Shown piece after piece: positions 17,789-27,807 of a stretch of 32,000 nucleotides of DNA. The DNA comes from Haloquadratum walsbyi C23 (GTDB lineage: Archaea; Halobacteriota; Halobacteria; Halobacteriales; Haloferacaceae), in the NCBI RefSeq assembly GCF_000237865.1, contig NC_017459.1, forward strand, positions 1,710,001 through 1,742,000. Direction: 5' to 3'. Both the position numbers and the translations under genes were made by a program. Position 1 is the stretch's first letter, and every line of letters starts with the position of its first letter. Below the pieces are notes generated by a model. That model did not search any database, was not told where the DNA came from, and saw only the letters and a program-made list of their open reading frames with translations.

Positions 17789-19945
17789 GTGAATCACATC
17801 TGGATAGCCTATCTATCCGTCTTTGGATTCGCCACTGTAGCCTGCTTCACTGGAGCATATCGAGCTCGTCGCGCCGTTGATAATGACTTTCGAACCGGTC
17901 TCATGTGGCTGTTCATCCTTGCCGGAGTGTGGTCATTGACGACGGCAGCACGGATTGCGGTTCCAGATATGCGCGTCGACATCGCACTTCGGATTGGAGG
18001 ATTGATTATCGGTCTTGCAAGTATTGGCGCATGGCTATATGTTGCCTCAGCATACGCAGGATTTAGTTATCATCAGAGCACGATCAATCGCGCTCTGGCA
18101 CTGGCGGTATATCTGGTTATTGTCATTGCAAAGATTACCAATCCGATTCACAATCTCTATTTTATCTCAGCGCAAAAGTCGCTTCCATTTTTACACCTTT
18201 CATTTAATCCAGGACCGTTGTATTGGTTTGTTGCGGGCATTGCATACACGGCTGTCTCAATCGGATTATACTGGTTATTTACCACGGCTCCACAAGCACG
18301 CGTTGATACCACCCGATTTCGAGCGGTGCTCGCGTTAACCGCCGCACCAGCGCTTCTTGATGTGCTTGTTTATGCAGATGCCATTCCAACAGTGCTTATT
18401 GAAGTGAGTTATGCACCACTTGGCATGGCTTTCTTTGCGCTTGGAACCGCAACTGTCACCAATAAAGAATTATATTCCGTTTCACAATCGTGGCGCCGGC
18501 AGGCACTTGATGATATTGCTGATGCAGTTGTCCTCACTGATGCAGAAGGGCGGATTAGATATCTTGGATCCAACGCTACTGCCGTATTTTCAACACTCGC
18601 TGGATCAGAAGGACAGTTGTTTGAAACCGTCGCACCACAATTATCTAATCTTACACATAACAGCGAATCATTCCAGTGGGATCAAGATGGCGCCACAAAA
18701 TATTATAATATCATCAAACGTGATATCCGATCATCAGGCTCTCAATCGGGGACAGTATTTGCATACATTGACGTAACAGAGTCACGAGAAGCCAGATTAC
18801 AGCTCGCTGAGACTGAAATTAAGCGTCAACGATTCCAGCAGGCTATTGAGGCAGTCGATCACTCTGTATTCATGACTGATGTCCGTGGGACAATTGAATA
18901 CATTAACCCAGCGTTCGAGAAGAACACTGGGTATGACCGTTCAACACTCATCGGGCGCTCACCAGCGATCTTGAACGCCCCAGATGCCCCCAATGCGTAT
19001 CCTGACGATCTCTGGGAACAGATACAAGATACTGGTGGAAGAGAGACGGAGGTTATCCAACAACGTCAGGATGGAACAACATACTATACACAACAGACGA
19101 TTACACCAATTAATTCACAAGACGCGTCGACGACATCATATGTGGTGATTCTCACAGATATTACAGAATTGAAAGAACATCAACAACATCTTGAATTATT
19201 AAGTCGCGTCCTTCGACATAACCTACGAAATGATATGAATATTGCTCGTGGATATGCAGAAACAATGATTAGTAATACGACTGACAGCAATGAGAATTAT
19301 ACTGCTAATATCGTTACGACAGCTAACGATGTCATAACGCTCGCTGAGCAATCAACAACAATTACTGATTTAATTATTGACCCGCCTGAGTCTCAAGAGA
19401 TTAATCTGAGCGATGTTGCACAACAGACAGCCGAGCGTATCTCAGAAACATACACACGGGCGTCTATCGACATTAACTGTAAAGAGACACCACCGGTGCG
19501 AGCAATTCCACAGGTCCGTACCGCAATAGAGGAGTTAATCAATAATGCTATTATTCATTCTACCAGTGACACTGTCTCAATGACTGATGAATTCAACAGA
19601 GACACCACAGTAGCTCATAGTGCAGATGATGAATCGATGCAATCGTTATCACTGGTATCGTTACCGCGATCACCTGACGCTGCTAAGACACAGGTGTCAA
19701 TCACGGTTGAGAGACTTCCAACGGAGAATGAGGTGGTAGTACGCGTCGAAGATGAAAATCAGCCAATTCCAGGCATGGATAGACAAATACTCCAGCGTGG
19801 GACCGAGATTCGATCTGTCTATCATGGAAGTGGGCTTGGATTGTGGCTCGTATACTGGGTTGTGATGCGGTCTAATGGGACGGTTGACGTTGAGACACGC
19901 GACCCATCTGGAAATCGAATTGAGATGCGATTCAACCAGTGCTGA
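17789..19945 (+). CDS. Sensor histidine kinase: N-terminal 7TM domain, two PAS domains, HisKA-like H-box, HATPase_c
   Basis: GTG start. There are about seven hydrophobic segments in residues 1-225. PAS-like regions are DDIADAVVLTDAEGRIRYLGSNA and AIEAVDHSVFMTDVRGTIEYINPAFEKNTGYDRSTLIGRS...VILTDITELK. The H-box is LSRVLRHNLRNDMNIARGY, the N-box is ELINNAIIHS and the G2 box is GSGLGLWLV. Confidence 0.9.
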   Translation: MNHIWIAYLSVFGFATVACFTGAYRARRAVDNDFRTGLMWLFILAGVWSLTTAARIAVPDMRVDIALRIGGLIIGLASIGAWLYVASAYAGFSYHQSTINRALALAVYLVIVIAKITNPIHNLYFISAQKSLPFLHLSFNPGPLYWFVAGIAYTAVSIGLYWLFTTAPQARVDTTRFRAVLALTAAPALLDVLVYADAIPTVLIEVSYAPLGMAFFALGTATVTNKELYSVSQSWRRQALDDIADAVVLTDAEGRIRYLGSNATAVFSTLAGSEGQLFETVAPQLSNLTHNSESFQWDQDGATKYYNIIKRDIRSSGSQSGTVFAYIDVTESREARLQLAETEIKRQRFQQAIEAVDHSVFMTDVRGTIEYINPAFEKNTGYDRSTLIGRSPAILNAPDAPNAYPDDLWEQIQDTGGRETEVIQQRQDGTTYYTQQTITPINSQDASTTSYVVILTDITELKEHQQHLELLSRVLRHNLRNDMNIARGYAETMISNTTDSNENYTANIVTTANDVITLAEQSTTITDLIIDPPESQEINLSDVAQQTAERISETYTRASIDINCKETPPVRAIPQVRTAIEELINNAIIHSTSDTVSMTDEFNRDTTVAHSADDESMQSLSLVSLPRSPDAAKTQVSITVERLPTENEVVVRVEDENQPIPGMDRQILQRGTEIRSVYHGSGLGLWLVYWVVMRSNGTVDVETRDPSGNRIEMRFNQC

Positions 19946-20088
19946 GATACGAGCTCACATATGAGCGAGTGTTTTTATTTGTGCCTATGATTATCATTGT
20001 TGATCGGTGTAAGTACCACTTGCAACATAACCGATGAACACCGCGTGACAGCAATCATGATTTGAGCATCCGGTTCAATAATAAAGAT

Positions 20089-20346
20089 ATGGAATGGCAT
20101 CGGCGTCGAGATCTTGAGGGTGGAAAAGAACTGGGAGTCTGGCTTTGTCAGGATGAAACAGGAACTATCACAGAGGAACTCTATGTTGAGTCACACGAAT
20201 ATCGTGGCGATGATTTTGATACGTACACAGCGACGCCAACTGGTGAATGGACGCATCTTGGCTCATTTAAAACGCCAAAAGAAGCGTTCGCTGCTGCTCG
20301 TGAGCATATTGACTCAACTGCTGGCTCTCTTGTGACAGAACCGTAG
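20089..20346 (+). CDS. Small acidic hypothetical protein (85 aa)
   Basis: ATG at 20089 within the TTG-started track ORF. Composition is acidic and typical of haloarchaeal cytoplasmic proteins. No motif recognised. Confidence 0.45.
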   Translation: MEWHRRRDLEGGKELGVWLCQDETGTITEELYVESHEYRGDDFDTYTATPTGEWTHLGSFKTPKEAFAAAREHIDSTAGSLVTEP

Positions 20347-20453
20347 TGCGACAACGTCCACGCTGATCATCAGTGGGTGCTGTGTCGCGATGATTTACGC
20401 AGAGCATGAACTATATGAAGTACCCCGCGCACGGTAGTGCAATGCGTCCGTGT

Positions 20454-21738
20454 TTAATCTTGCATCACTGACGCAACGGATTTTAATTTCTCTCGTGCTC
20501 CCTGTGACAGTTGCGCCGACATTCCGTGTCGGTCAACACCCGAATCCAAGGATGTGTGAGAGTCGGGGTCTCCACCAGCCCTCGATACCGCCCGTCTCAC
20601 CGTCTTCACGCGAGGGAGGGTTTCGAGAGACGGCACATTCTCATTGTCCTGTTGCTCGAACTAGTTCTGTATCACGCACACCGTCACCTTTCTGTCGCTA
20701 TCGTCTTGGAACTTGCACTGCTGGTATTTGAACCGCTTCTTGTCTCGATTCCCCCGTTCTGTGTGCTGGCACTCCGTTCTCGGGCATCGCTGGCTCGTGT
20801 ATTCTGGGTCAACCTCATCTGACGGGATCCCGTTCCACGCAGGCTTGTACTCCACCATCTCTCTGAGGGAATGAAATGCGAGTGAGTGGAGGCAACAATT
20901 AATCCGCGTACCGTAGTCGATGGACTCCCGCATATCCTTGAGGTATTCAAAGACGATGACCGGACTCGAAAACTGCGAGACTTGTGTAGACAGTCATGAA
21001 CGTAGTCGGGTTCTACGGTTGGACGACTGTCTCGAACGCAGTCTGTTTGGCTTTCTGCATCCGCTTACGTTTGGTGAAGAACTCGTGGCGTTGTTCTTTC
21101 ACCGAGACGTTTCGACTCATCGCAGCGAGTGCGATGCAATCCTCGTTCACATTCACACCAACAATTGTGTCTGCATTGTTCTTGCTGGCGACTTGATGAG
21201 ACTCACATATGACCATGACGTGGAGTCGCCACTCGTGTGGTTGTGAACGACTTCAGCGGTCCCAACCCGCTACTTCATCGCTGAACGCAGTCCGTAGACG
21301 GTCGAAGTGGTCGACGTGGTCGAGGCTACCACGGAGTTCAGCTTTGAGGTGCCTGCCTCTCGTAGCAATGATACGGAACCGAACCGTCCTGTCGTCTTCG
21401 AGGAACAGGTGGTAGCCTTCGCCGTGGTTCATTACCATCGAGTACGACTGGTCAATGTACGGGTAGGACCATCCTCAGCCGTCATCTTTGTTGTCGTGAT
21501 ACGTTTCGATTTCACCGAGTACTCTGTCAACGATGAGTTGACTGGTGTTTTTGAGGTGATTAGCGTTGTCAACGACACTTGATTTGATCTTACTCCAGTC
21601 CCAACCAGCTCGACCGAGTCGGTTGGTTTCGTTGCGGATGCGTCGGGCTTCGAGACAACCGGTTAGCAAGTTGTCGTCACTCCCTGTGTAGATGTCTAGT
21701 CCGAACAACATTGTCTGGGTGAGCTTGGACGATTGCAC
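20454..21738 (-). pseudogene. tnpB: Decayed IS200/IS605-family (IS1341-type) tnpB RNA-guided endonuclease gene
   Basis: The minus-strand reading is reconstructible across four in-frame stops: TGA 21475-77, TGA 21253-55, TAG 21013-15 and TAG 20661-63. One frameshift lies near 20985-20995. Hallmarks are ...IVGVNVNEDCIALAA (RuvC-I region, first Asp replaced by Asn), PVIVFEYLKDMRE (RuvC-II Glu), VDPEYTSQRCPRTECQHTERGNRDKKRFKYQQCKF (zinc ribbon with one Cys lost), SDRKVTVCV (RuvC-III) and the C-terminal LETLPRVKTVRRAVS. The region is visibly GC-richer than its flanks. Confidence 0.85.
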
Positions 21739-21935
21739 TGTATTTTGTTATGGTTCGCTATCTCTCAGAAGCTCGTGTTTTGACGCGCTTCACCCCGCCC
21801 ACGGTGAGTCGGGGCACTTGCGCTATTCTTTTCTGATAGATGGTTTTGATAGATATTGTTCAAGAATCATCAGCATATATACATACAAAACGGATACCGA
21901 CACCGGTATTTCCTTGCGGTCGAATTGAGACATGT

Positions 21936-22145
21936 ATGAGTTCGAATGATGATACTCCAGTCGAGCAGACAAACAACTGGCCTGAACTCGTTGCAATGGT
22001 GTACGAAGAGATGAGCGGTGGTGACGGGTCGACCACACTCCGACTCCGCAATATGGAGATTCAGGTTCCGAGTAAGACTGGACCCGATGCAGACCATGCA
22101 CATTGGACTGTTGACGGAACAATTGATCTTAATCCCGAAGAGTAG
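21936..22145 (+). CDS. Small acidic protein (69 aa), possibly amphi-Trp-domain type
   Basis: Internal ATG of the track ORF. The sequence is MSSNDDTPVEQTNNWPELVAMVYEEM...LRLRNMEIQVPSKTGPDADHAHWTVDGTIDLNPEE, with Trp near both ends. The domain assignment is a weak recollection. Confidence 0.45.
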   Translation: MSSNDDTPVEQTNNWPELVAMVYEEMSGGDGSTTLRLRNMEIQVPSKTGPDADHAHWTVDGTIDLNPEE

Positions 22146-22341
22146 TTCAAACCAAAGTCAAACCCAGAAATATTGGACTCTGTTCGACTCGGATCTGAAT
22201 CGACATTTGATATCGATATCAATATCAAATATCAAACACCGATTACAGAGCTGAAGTCTCTCTCACGATCAATGGGAGGAATAACAGATGAATCCTGGCT
22301 CGACATTTTTTACGTGTATGATTGGATGAGAACAACTATTA

Positions 22342-23280
22342 CTATGAGTGACGTGTCGGTGTCTGATATAATATATCATACCGATGACCAACATAACTGA
22401 GTAGTCCATCGGATATCTGCTGACGTCGCGATGTAATCCATTCATTAATTTCAGGAACGACATCACTTGTCACAGTCTCCTCAACAAACGCGAGTAACTG
22501 CTGAAGATAATACTGTTCATCACCTTGATATGTATTCCCTTGCGGATAGACGATTGCATCAGCAGCATCAACCGCACGCACCGTTCCAGGTCGATCGCGG
22601 AGTGCATCTAAGAGGTGTCGTCCTGCATGGCTATCTCGATCCGGGATAGCATCAATCGCATCGTGATACGCTGTCTCAACCGCATTATCTGCGGGATGGT
22701 CTGGCTGAAAAACAGTCGTCCCATCAAATGTGAGCGGAAAGTACGCCAACCCGCCCGGACGAAGTGCATCTAAGAACACATCTAGTGCATCTTCAATCGA
22801 AACAAGATCCATGAATTGCTGCGCCATCAGAAGGTCGATATCATTACTATTCGTCACAGCAGTGAGTGCATCAGCCGTTTCAAAGGCAACAGTAAGCGTT
22901 GATTCAGCATCAGATTGAGTATCAGTGTCTATATTTGATGTGTCATTAACAGTAAACATCCCATCGGGGCTTGTTGTGACATCATATCCCCGAAACCGGA
23001 GTTCACGAGAGCGAACAGCGCGGGCATATGCAGTCAATCGCTCAGATGAGTCAATACCGCGGTATGATCCACCGATTCCAGAGTCGAGTAACCGTGGAAC
23101 CGTCGCCCCTGTCCCAGCACCAACATCAATGATTTCTGGTTCTGAAGGGAGCAATTCATGAAGTGTTTCTCTCACCCGTCGTGAGAACGACCGATTGTCG
23201 ACGGTTCGTTTTGCTTCGAGATATCGAACGAGTGCATGATCAACAGCCATTGTTATACTGTCCGTGTATGGCTCGCCCAT
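22342..23280 (-). CDS. Class I SAM-dependent methyltransferase
   Basis: Motif I is IIDVGAGTGATVPRLLD, the post-I acidic residue sits in YRGIDSS, and a later motif is LRPGGLAYF. ATG 23280 overlaps the upstream gene by 28 nt. The alternative ATG 23250 lies 2 nt after the upstream stop. Confidence 0.85.
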   Translation of the reverse strand: MGEPYTDSITMAVDHALVRYLEAKRTVDNRSFSRRVRETLHELLPSEPEIIDVGAGTGATVPRLLDSGIGGSYRGIDSSERLTAYARAVRSRELRFRGYDVTTSPDGMFTVNDTSNIDTDTQSDAESTLTVAFETADALTAVTNSNDIDLLMAQQFMDLVSIEDALDVFLDALRPGGLAYFPLTFDGTTVFQPDHPADNAVETAYHDAIDAIPDRDSHAGRHLLDALRDRPGTVRAVDAADAIVYPQGNTYQGDEQYYLQQLLAFVEETVTSDVVPEINEWITSRRQQISDGLLSYVGHRYDILYQTPTRHS

Positions 23281-23657
23281 GCTGCATCGTCTTCCCAGAT
23301 TTGCACTCGGAGTTGATCAGGCGTGGTTTCACCAGCAACACTCAGCCTCTCTGCGACATGATCGCCGAATATCCGTGAGAAATTCTCAACACTTGGGTTT
23401 AGTCCTTCAAACTCAGGAAGGTCATTAAGTACTGAATCACGATATCGCTCAACGAGATCTTCAAGTATTGATTCAACAGTAACGATATTTAACAGATATC
23501 CATACTCGCCGAGTGAGTCACCTGCAAAGTGAAGTTCAACCTCAAAATGGTGACTATGTATCTGTCCCTCTGGAGGCTCCGGATCTGGCACTGTGAGAAC
23601 GTGTTGTGCGATGAAGTCACGCTGGACAGCAAGTTCATATGAGTACGCTGTTGTCAT
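23253..23657 (-). CDS. 6-pyruvoyl-tetrahydropterin synthase / QueD-like (COG0720) family protein
   Basis: Size is 134 aa. The His-rich motif GQIHSHHFEVELHFAGD corresponds to the HGH-x-[YF]-x-[LV] zinc site of the T-fold PTPS family. I saw no Cys at the usual C-x3-HGH position. Confidence 0.75.
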   Translation of the reverse strand: MTTAYSYELAVQRDFIAQHVLTVPDPEPPEGQIHSHHFEVELHFAGDSLGEYGYLLNIVTVESILEDLVERYRDSVLNDLPEFEGLNPSVENFSRIFGDHVAERLSVAGETTPDQLRVQIWEDDAAWASHTRTV

Positions 23658-23917
23658 TATTTATTTTCACGCTCTATCGGCTTATTATCATTTGTTTCTG
23701 CTGATAGTCCTCTGTTAATCATATCGTAGTTTTTCTGATTTTGTCTTTTGATTGTGTCTCAAAGCCACTGTCACACAGTTTGAGTGTATACTGCGAGTGC
23801 GCTGGTTACGACTATGAATCTGCGCCTGCGTCTGCGTCCGAGTCCGAGCTAGGATCATAACCACTGCCAATGTAGTTTCGTGTATTGTGTGCTACGCATT
23901 GCATGTAGTATGTTCAC

Positions 23918-24991
23918 TCATTGATACGTCAGTAATACTTGAAGTGTTGACTCAGGTGTTTCTGTCAGTCGGTTGTATGCACTTGGGGCGTCAGTAAATG
24001 GAACTCGATCAGTAATGAGTGCTTCAACGTCAATGGTATTGAGTTGCTCAATTGCGACGGATAATCGACGGTCAGTCGTCCATCGCCCTCGGAGGTCAGG
24101 GTCAATCGTACTCACTTGACTCGATGTAATTGTAATGCGGTCACGGTGGAAATCACCACCAAGTCCAAGCTCTGTTGGTTTATTACCGTACCATGAGCCG
24201 ACGATGATCCGACCATCATACCCGACAAGATCAATTGCAGCATTCAGCGCGGCTGGCTGACCCGATACCTCATAAATGAGGTCTGCACCGGGTGGGTCAT
24301 GAGAACTAAATATATCCTCACTTGCTGATGGGTCAAGCGCACGATCTGCACCAAATGAGCGTGCTAACTCTCTCCGAGCAGGGATTGGCTCAACGACAAC
24401 AAGTTCGCTGATTGGAAGATCGGCGAGTAACTGTATTGTACACAGCCCAATAACACCAGCTCCGAACACAACAACGCGTTCACCAACACGAGGTGATCCA
24501 TCAAGTAGAAAATTCGTTGCTGTTTCAGCGGTCGGTAATAATGCTGCAGTCTCAGCGTCTAAGTTATCTGGGACCGCAATAAGTGCATCTGAATCAACAG
24601 AAAACCGATTTTGATGCGGATGGAATGCAAAGACCTGCTCGCCAAGTCGGTCAGTTGCTTGTGTCCCCGTTTTGACAACATCACCAACAGCAGCATACCC
24701 ATATGCTGTCGGATATGACAAATCACCATTGAGTGTTTCGAGTGTTGCGTCAGCAGCCATCTGCTCAGGAACCTCTCCGTTATATACGAGTAATTCTGTT
24801 CCAGGGCTGATTGCTGAGACGGTCGTCTCAACGATAACACCGTTTGGGTCAAGATCTTCTATTGAAACTGACTGTAGACTGACATCACGGACGTCAGTAA
24901 AAACAAGTTTGTCTGCCGTATCCGTCTCAACACCTGCATTCACATCTGAGTGCACGCGCGTACCGGAGTCTACATCAGAGCTATCAGTCAT
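23918..24991 (-). CDS. Medium-chain dehydrogenase/reductase (zinc-type alcohol/threonine dehydrogenase-like) family oxidoreductase
   Basis: The Rossmann motif is RVVVFGAGVIGLCTIQLL. An N-terminal GroES-like region is present (ISPGTELLVYNGEVP). Length is typical at 357 aa. Confidence 0.85.
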   Translation of the reverse strand: MTDSSDVDSGTRVHSDVNAGVETDTADKLVFTDVRDVSLQSVSIEDLDPNGVIVETTVSAISPGTELLVYNGEVPEQMAADATLETLNGDLSYPTAYGYAAVGDVVKTGTQATDRLGEQVFAFHPHQNRFSVDSDALIAVPDNLDAETAALLPTAETATNFLLDGSPRVGERVVVFGAGVIGLCTIQLLADLPISELVVVEPIPARRELARSFGADRALDPSASEDIFSSHDPPGADLIYEVSGQPAALNAAIDLVGYDGRIIVGSWYGNKPTELGLGGDFHRDRITITSSQVSTIDPDLRGRWTTDRRLSVAIEQLNTIDVEALITDRVPFTDAPSAYNRLTETPESTLQVLLTYQ

Positions 24992-25193
24992 ATTTTTCTC
25001 CGATTTCTGTCTGTGTCGTCTGATTGTTAGCCGTATTAGACAGCGCGCTGTGCATGCTCAGATATACGCGTGTATCCATACCGGATTGAGTTATATCAGT
25101 ATCCATATCTGATGTACGTGTTTATTACACTGTTCGTCTCAACACCACTGGCGGCAGTTACATCACTGAGAGATACTGATTGTCTCATCGTCA

Positions 25194-26054
25194 CTACTCG
25201 CCAACCCACTCAGACTCAACCGTGTCACGGCCATGACCGCTTTTCATACTGTCAGTCTCATCGTCTGCGGTATGATCTGTGCTATCGACTTCATATGCGG
25301 AGATACCCGATTCGCGACACACCTCAAGTGCATGTTTTGCATCACTTCCAGCATCGTGTGCTGTCTGCCCCCGCCCAATGCCAACTTGATACTCAACGCC
25401 AGCTTCTGCGCTAACATGTTCAAGAATCGTCTCAAACGTATCATATGATAGCTGTGGGCAGACTGCAATGACATTGTCACCACCAACAAATTGTGCAACA
25501 CTATCGTGTTCTGATCGGAGATGCTTTCTGAGCGTCATAGCGGAATCACGGATTGCTAACTCAGTATCAACAGCATTGGTATCATCAGTGTATGTCCCCG
25601 TCACATCGATAATATCAAAATGCGCAACTGTCATCTGTGGCGATGTTGTTGTTCCTGAGACCCCACCATACCGAAGTGCTTCGCGCCGATTAGAGTCTTG
25701 AGCGCTACCAGCCTGTTGTAGCTGTTCACTTGCCCGGCGAACCGCCTCAACAGGTGTCGTTGCTTCGCCAATACCAACACTAGCAGTGACAGGATATCGA
25801 TTCCGGATCCGTTCTTGAAACCGAGCGAATTCCTCTGGTGAAATATCATTGACAACCCCGAGCATATTATCAAATCGATTATAAAATGCATATCCATCGC
25901 TTCGACCGACAAAGTCGGCAAAGTCGGCATAAATTCGAGCCTGTAATGCCTGGAGATCTGTCTCTCGGCGTGGAGCCGGTGTGACCGTCCATGGCCCGTA
26001 GTCATCGAGTTGCACAAGCGAAAATCGAACCGTCTCATCGAAGGTGTTCGACAC
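25194..26054 (-). CDS. gch3: GTP cyclohydrolase III (archaeal, FAPy-forming; riboflavin/F420 branch)
   Basis: The N-terminal LVQLDDYGPWTVTPAPRRETDLQALQARIYADF and later RFDNM...IRNRYPVTASVGIG...AGSAQD, FVGGDN and GIGRGQTAHDA closely match the Methanocaldococcus MJ0145 sequence as I recall it. The start is GTG at 26054. Confidence 0.9.
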   Translation of the reverse strand: MSNTFDETVRFSLVQLDDYGPWTVTPAPRRETDLQALQARIYADFADFVGRSDGYAFYNRFDNMLGVVNDISPEEFARFQERIRNRYPVTASVGIGEATTPVEAVRRASEQLQQAGSAQDSNRREALRYGGVSGTTTSPQMTVAHFDIIDVTGTYTDDTNAVDTELAIRDSAMTLRKHLRSEHDSVAQFVGGDNVIAVCPQLSYDTFETILEHVSAEAGVEYQVGIGRGQTAHDAGSDAKHALEVCRESGISAYEVDSTDHTADDETDSMKSGHGRDTVESEWVGE

Positions 26055-26376
26055 AACATATTGACGATGTGCCCCTTCAGATTAAATCCTCACATTTAGT
26101 TACGGGTATAAATATATATACGTCAATTGAATGCACAGAAGACGAAATGAGCATAATCTAACATTTAATAAACACATCGAACTGTGCTCCCTCGCCTAGT
26201 CGGTACCATCACTTTTTGTTTCATCTCACCTAGATGTTCTATTTTGCTACCGCGACGATCAAAGCGGTAATAATAATCAGACAGACGCAATCATATAACA
26301 TATGAAAAATATGCTCAGAGTTTCAAGAGATATATCCGGCACCACCACATTCACTATATGAGTATCTAATAATCTT

Positions 26377-27807
26377 ATGAGTAATATTGCAGTCGTCGTT
26401 CTTGACACGGTGCGAGCGGACGCATTTGATCGACATTTCGAATGGCTTCCTGGATCGCGATTTACACACGCATGGTCAACGAGTCACTGGACCGGTGCTG
26501 CCCATGCATCGCTCTTTACTGGGCGATACCCGAGTGAGGTGGGCGTGACAGTTCATGATTGGACATTGTCAACGTCAGTCCCAACGCTCGCTGAGCGACT
26601 GCAAACAGCTGGCTATGATACGAACGCATTTTCTGCAAATATCAATGTCTCGCCGGCGTACGATTATGATCGGGGGTTTAATTCATTTGAGGGAACATGG
26701 CGTCTTTCACTCCCTGAACCAGAGATATTCAATTGGTTTCGACATATGGAGGAGAACGATTCATCAGCATCAATAGCGTATGCAGATGGTGTACGTCAGA
26801 TACTGTCTGGTAAGTATGATGTTCAGCAGTCACTCCAACTTGGCGTCAAACATGCACGCCACGCATATGACATTGGAGACGTTGACAGCGGTGCTACAGC
26901 ATTTCAAGACTATATCAACCGTGATGGGGCGAATGTCACCGATACCGATGAGCACTCTACATTTTTGTTTGCAAATCTCATGGAAGCTCATCAACCATAT
27001 CGTGTCCCATCATCACATCGCTCGGTTAAGCCGTATGCAATGGGTCCAGCATTTGAGGCAACATTCCGGACAAGATTCACTGATCCGGCGGATGCGGTCG
27101 CTGCTGGGATCGATCCGAATGAACTTGACACACCTGAGATAACTCTCGATAGCGATCATGCAACCGCAGCATACGATGATTCAGTCTCATATCTCGCGGA
27201 TATCTATCGTGATATCTTTGAAACGTTACGCGAGGATTTCGATTACGTGATTACAATCGCTGACCATGGTGAATTATTCGGGACATATGACGTATGGGAG
27301 CACGGATATGGGGTCTATCCTGAACTGCTTCAAATTCCATTGGTGATTACAGGTCCAGGGTTTCCCAATACCTCACGTGATGATCTTGTATCATTACTTG
27401 ATGTGCATCAGACGATATTATCAATCGCAACTGGGAGTGATGGCACTGACATGAGCGCAAGCCGTGGTCGAGATCTTCGGACATACGGTAGTAGTGCACC
27501 TGTGCGAACTGAGTATCATGGGATTGCAACGATGCGGCGTGACACGCTGCTCGAGCGTGGATATGACCCATCAGCTATCGATACCGTTGACACAGATTAC
27601 TGTGGTGTTGTGACAGACACTGCGTATGGATATGAAACAGATGAGGGATTCCGTATCGCAGGTGATGAGACAGATGTCACTGCTGATGAGCTGAAATCAG
27701 TACTACAGTCTCTTGACGATCAGATTCCAGATAACCGATCAGACAGCAATGCTGTTGAGGTGACAGCAGCAACACGAAGTCAGCTTGAAGATCTTGGCTA
27801 TACCTAG
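26377..27807 (+). CDS. Sulfatase-like hydrolase/transferase (alkaline phosphatase superfamily)
   Basis: The N-terminal NIAVVVLDTVRADAF, then STSHWTGAAHASLFTGRYP and the later ITIADHGELFG, fit the sulfatase fold metal and nucleophile region. I did not see a canonical C/S-x-P-x-R. Confidence 0.8.
   Translation: MSNIAVVVLDTVRADAFDRHFEWLPGSRFTHAWSTSHWTGAAHASLFTGRYPSEVGVTVHDWTLSTSVPTLAERLQTAGYDTNAFSANINVSPAYDYDRGFNSFEGTWRLSLPEPEIFNWFRHMEENDSSASIAYADGVRQILSGKYDVQQSLQLGVKHARHAYDIGDVDSGATAFQDYINRDGANVTDTDEHSTFLFANLMEAHQPYRVPSSHRSVKPYAMGPAFEATFRTRFTDPADAVAAGIDPNELDTPEITLDSDHATAAYDDSVSYLADIYRDIFETLREDFDYVITIADHGELFGTYDVWEHGYGVYPELLQIPLVITGPGFPNTSRDDLVSLLDVHQTILSIATGSDGTDMSASRGRDLRTYGSSAPVRTEYHGIATMRRDTLLERGYDPSAIDTVDTDYCGVVTDTAYGYETDEGFRIAGDETDVTADELKSVLQSLDDQIPDNRSDSNAVEVTAATRSQLEDLGYT

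Noticed and set aside
20661-21477. The in-frame TGA and TAG codons in tnpB could be selenocysteine or pyrrolysine recoding.
   Set aside because: There are four stops of two kinds plus a frameshift, and catalytic and zinc-ligand residues are lost. This indicates decay. No SECIS-like or PYLIS-like context is evident, and haloarchaea are not known to use either system.
20450-21928. Plus-strand ORFs (20450..20731, 20511..20822, 20920..21246, 21209..21415, 21307..21582, 21692..21928) and the 20684..20950 minus-strand frame.
   Set aside because: They lie antisense to or out of frame with the recognisable tnpB reading. The GC-rich sequence inflates spurious ORF length.
24559-25414. ORFs 24559..24852 -, 24672..25112 + and 25070..25414 + around the MDR dehydrogenase gene and the spacer.
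   Set aside because: They are shadow frames or spacer read-through without halophilic composition or motifs.
25631-26059. An ATG-started 142-aa ORF overlapping the 5' part of gch3 in another frame, while gch3 itself starts with GTG.
   Set aside because: The gch3 frame matches the known enzyme over its whole length starting right at the GTG. The alternative frame is basic and Cys-rich with no similarity to anything I recognise.
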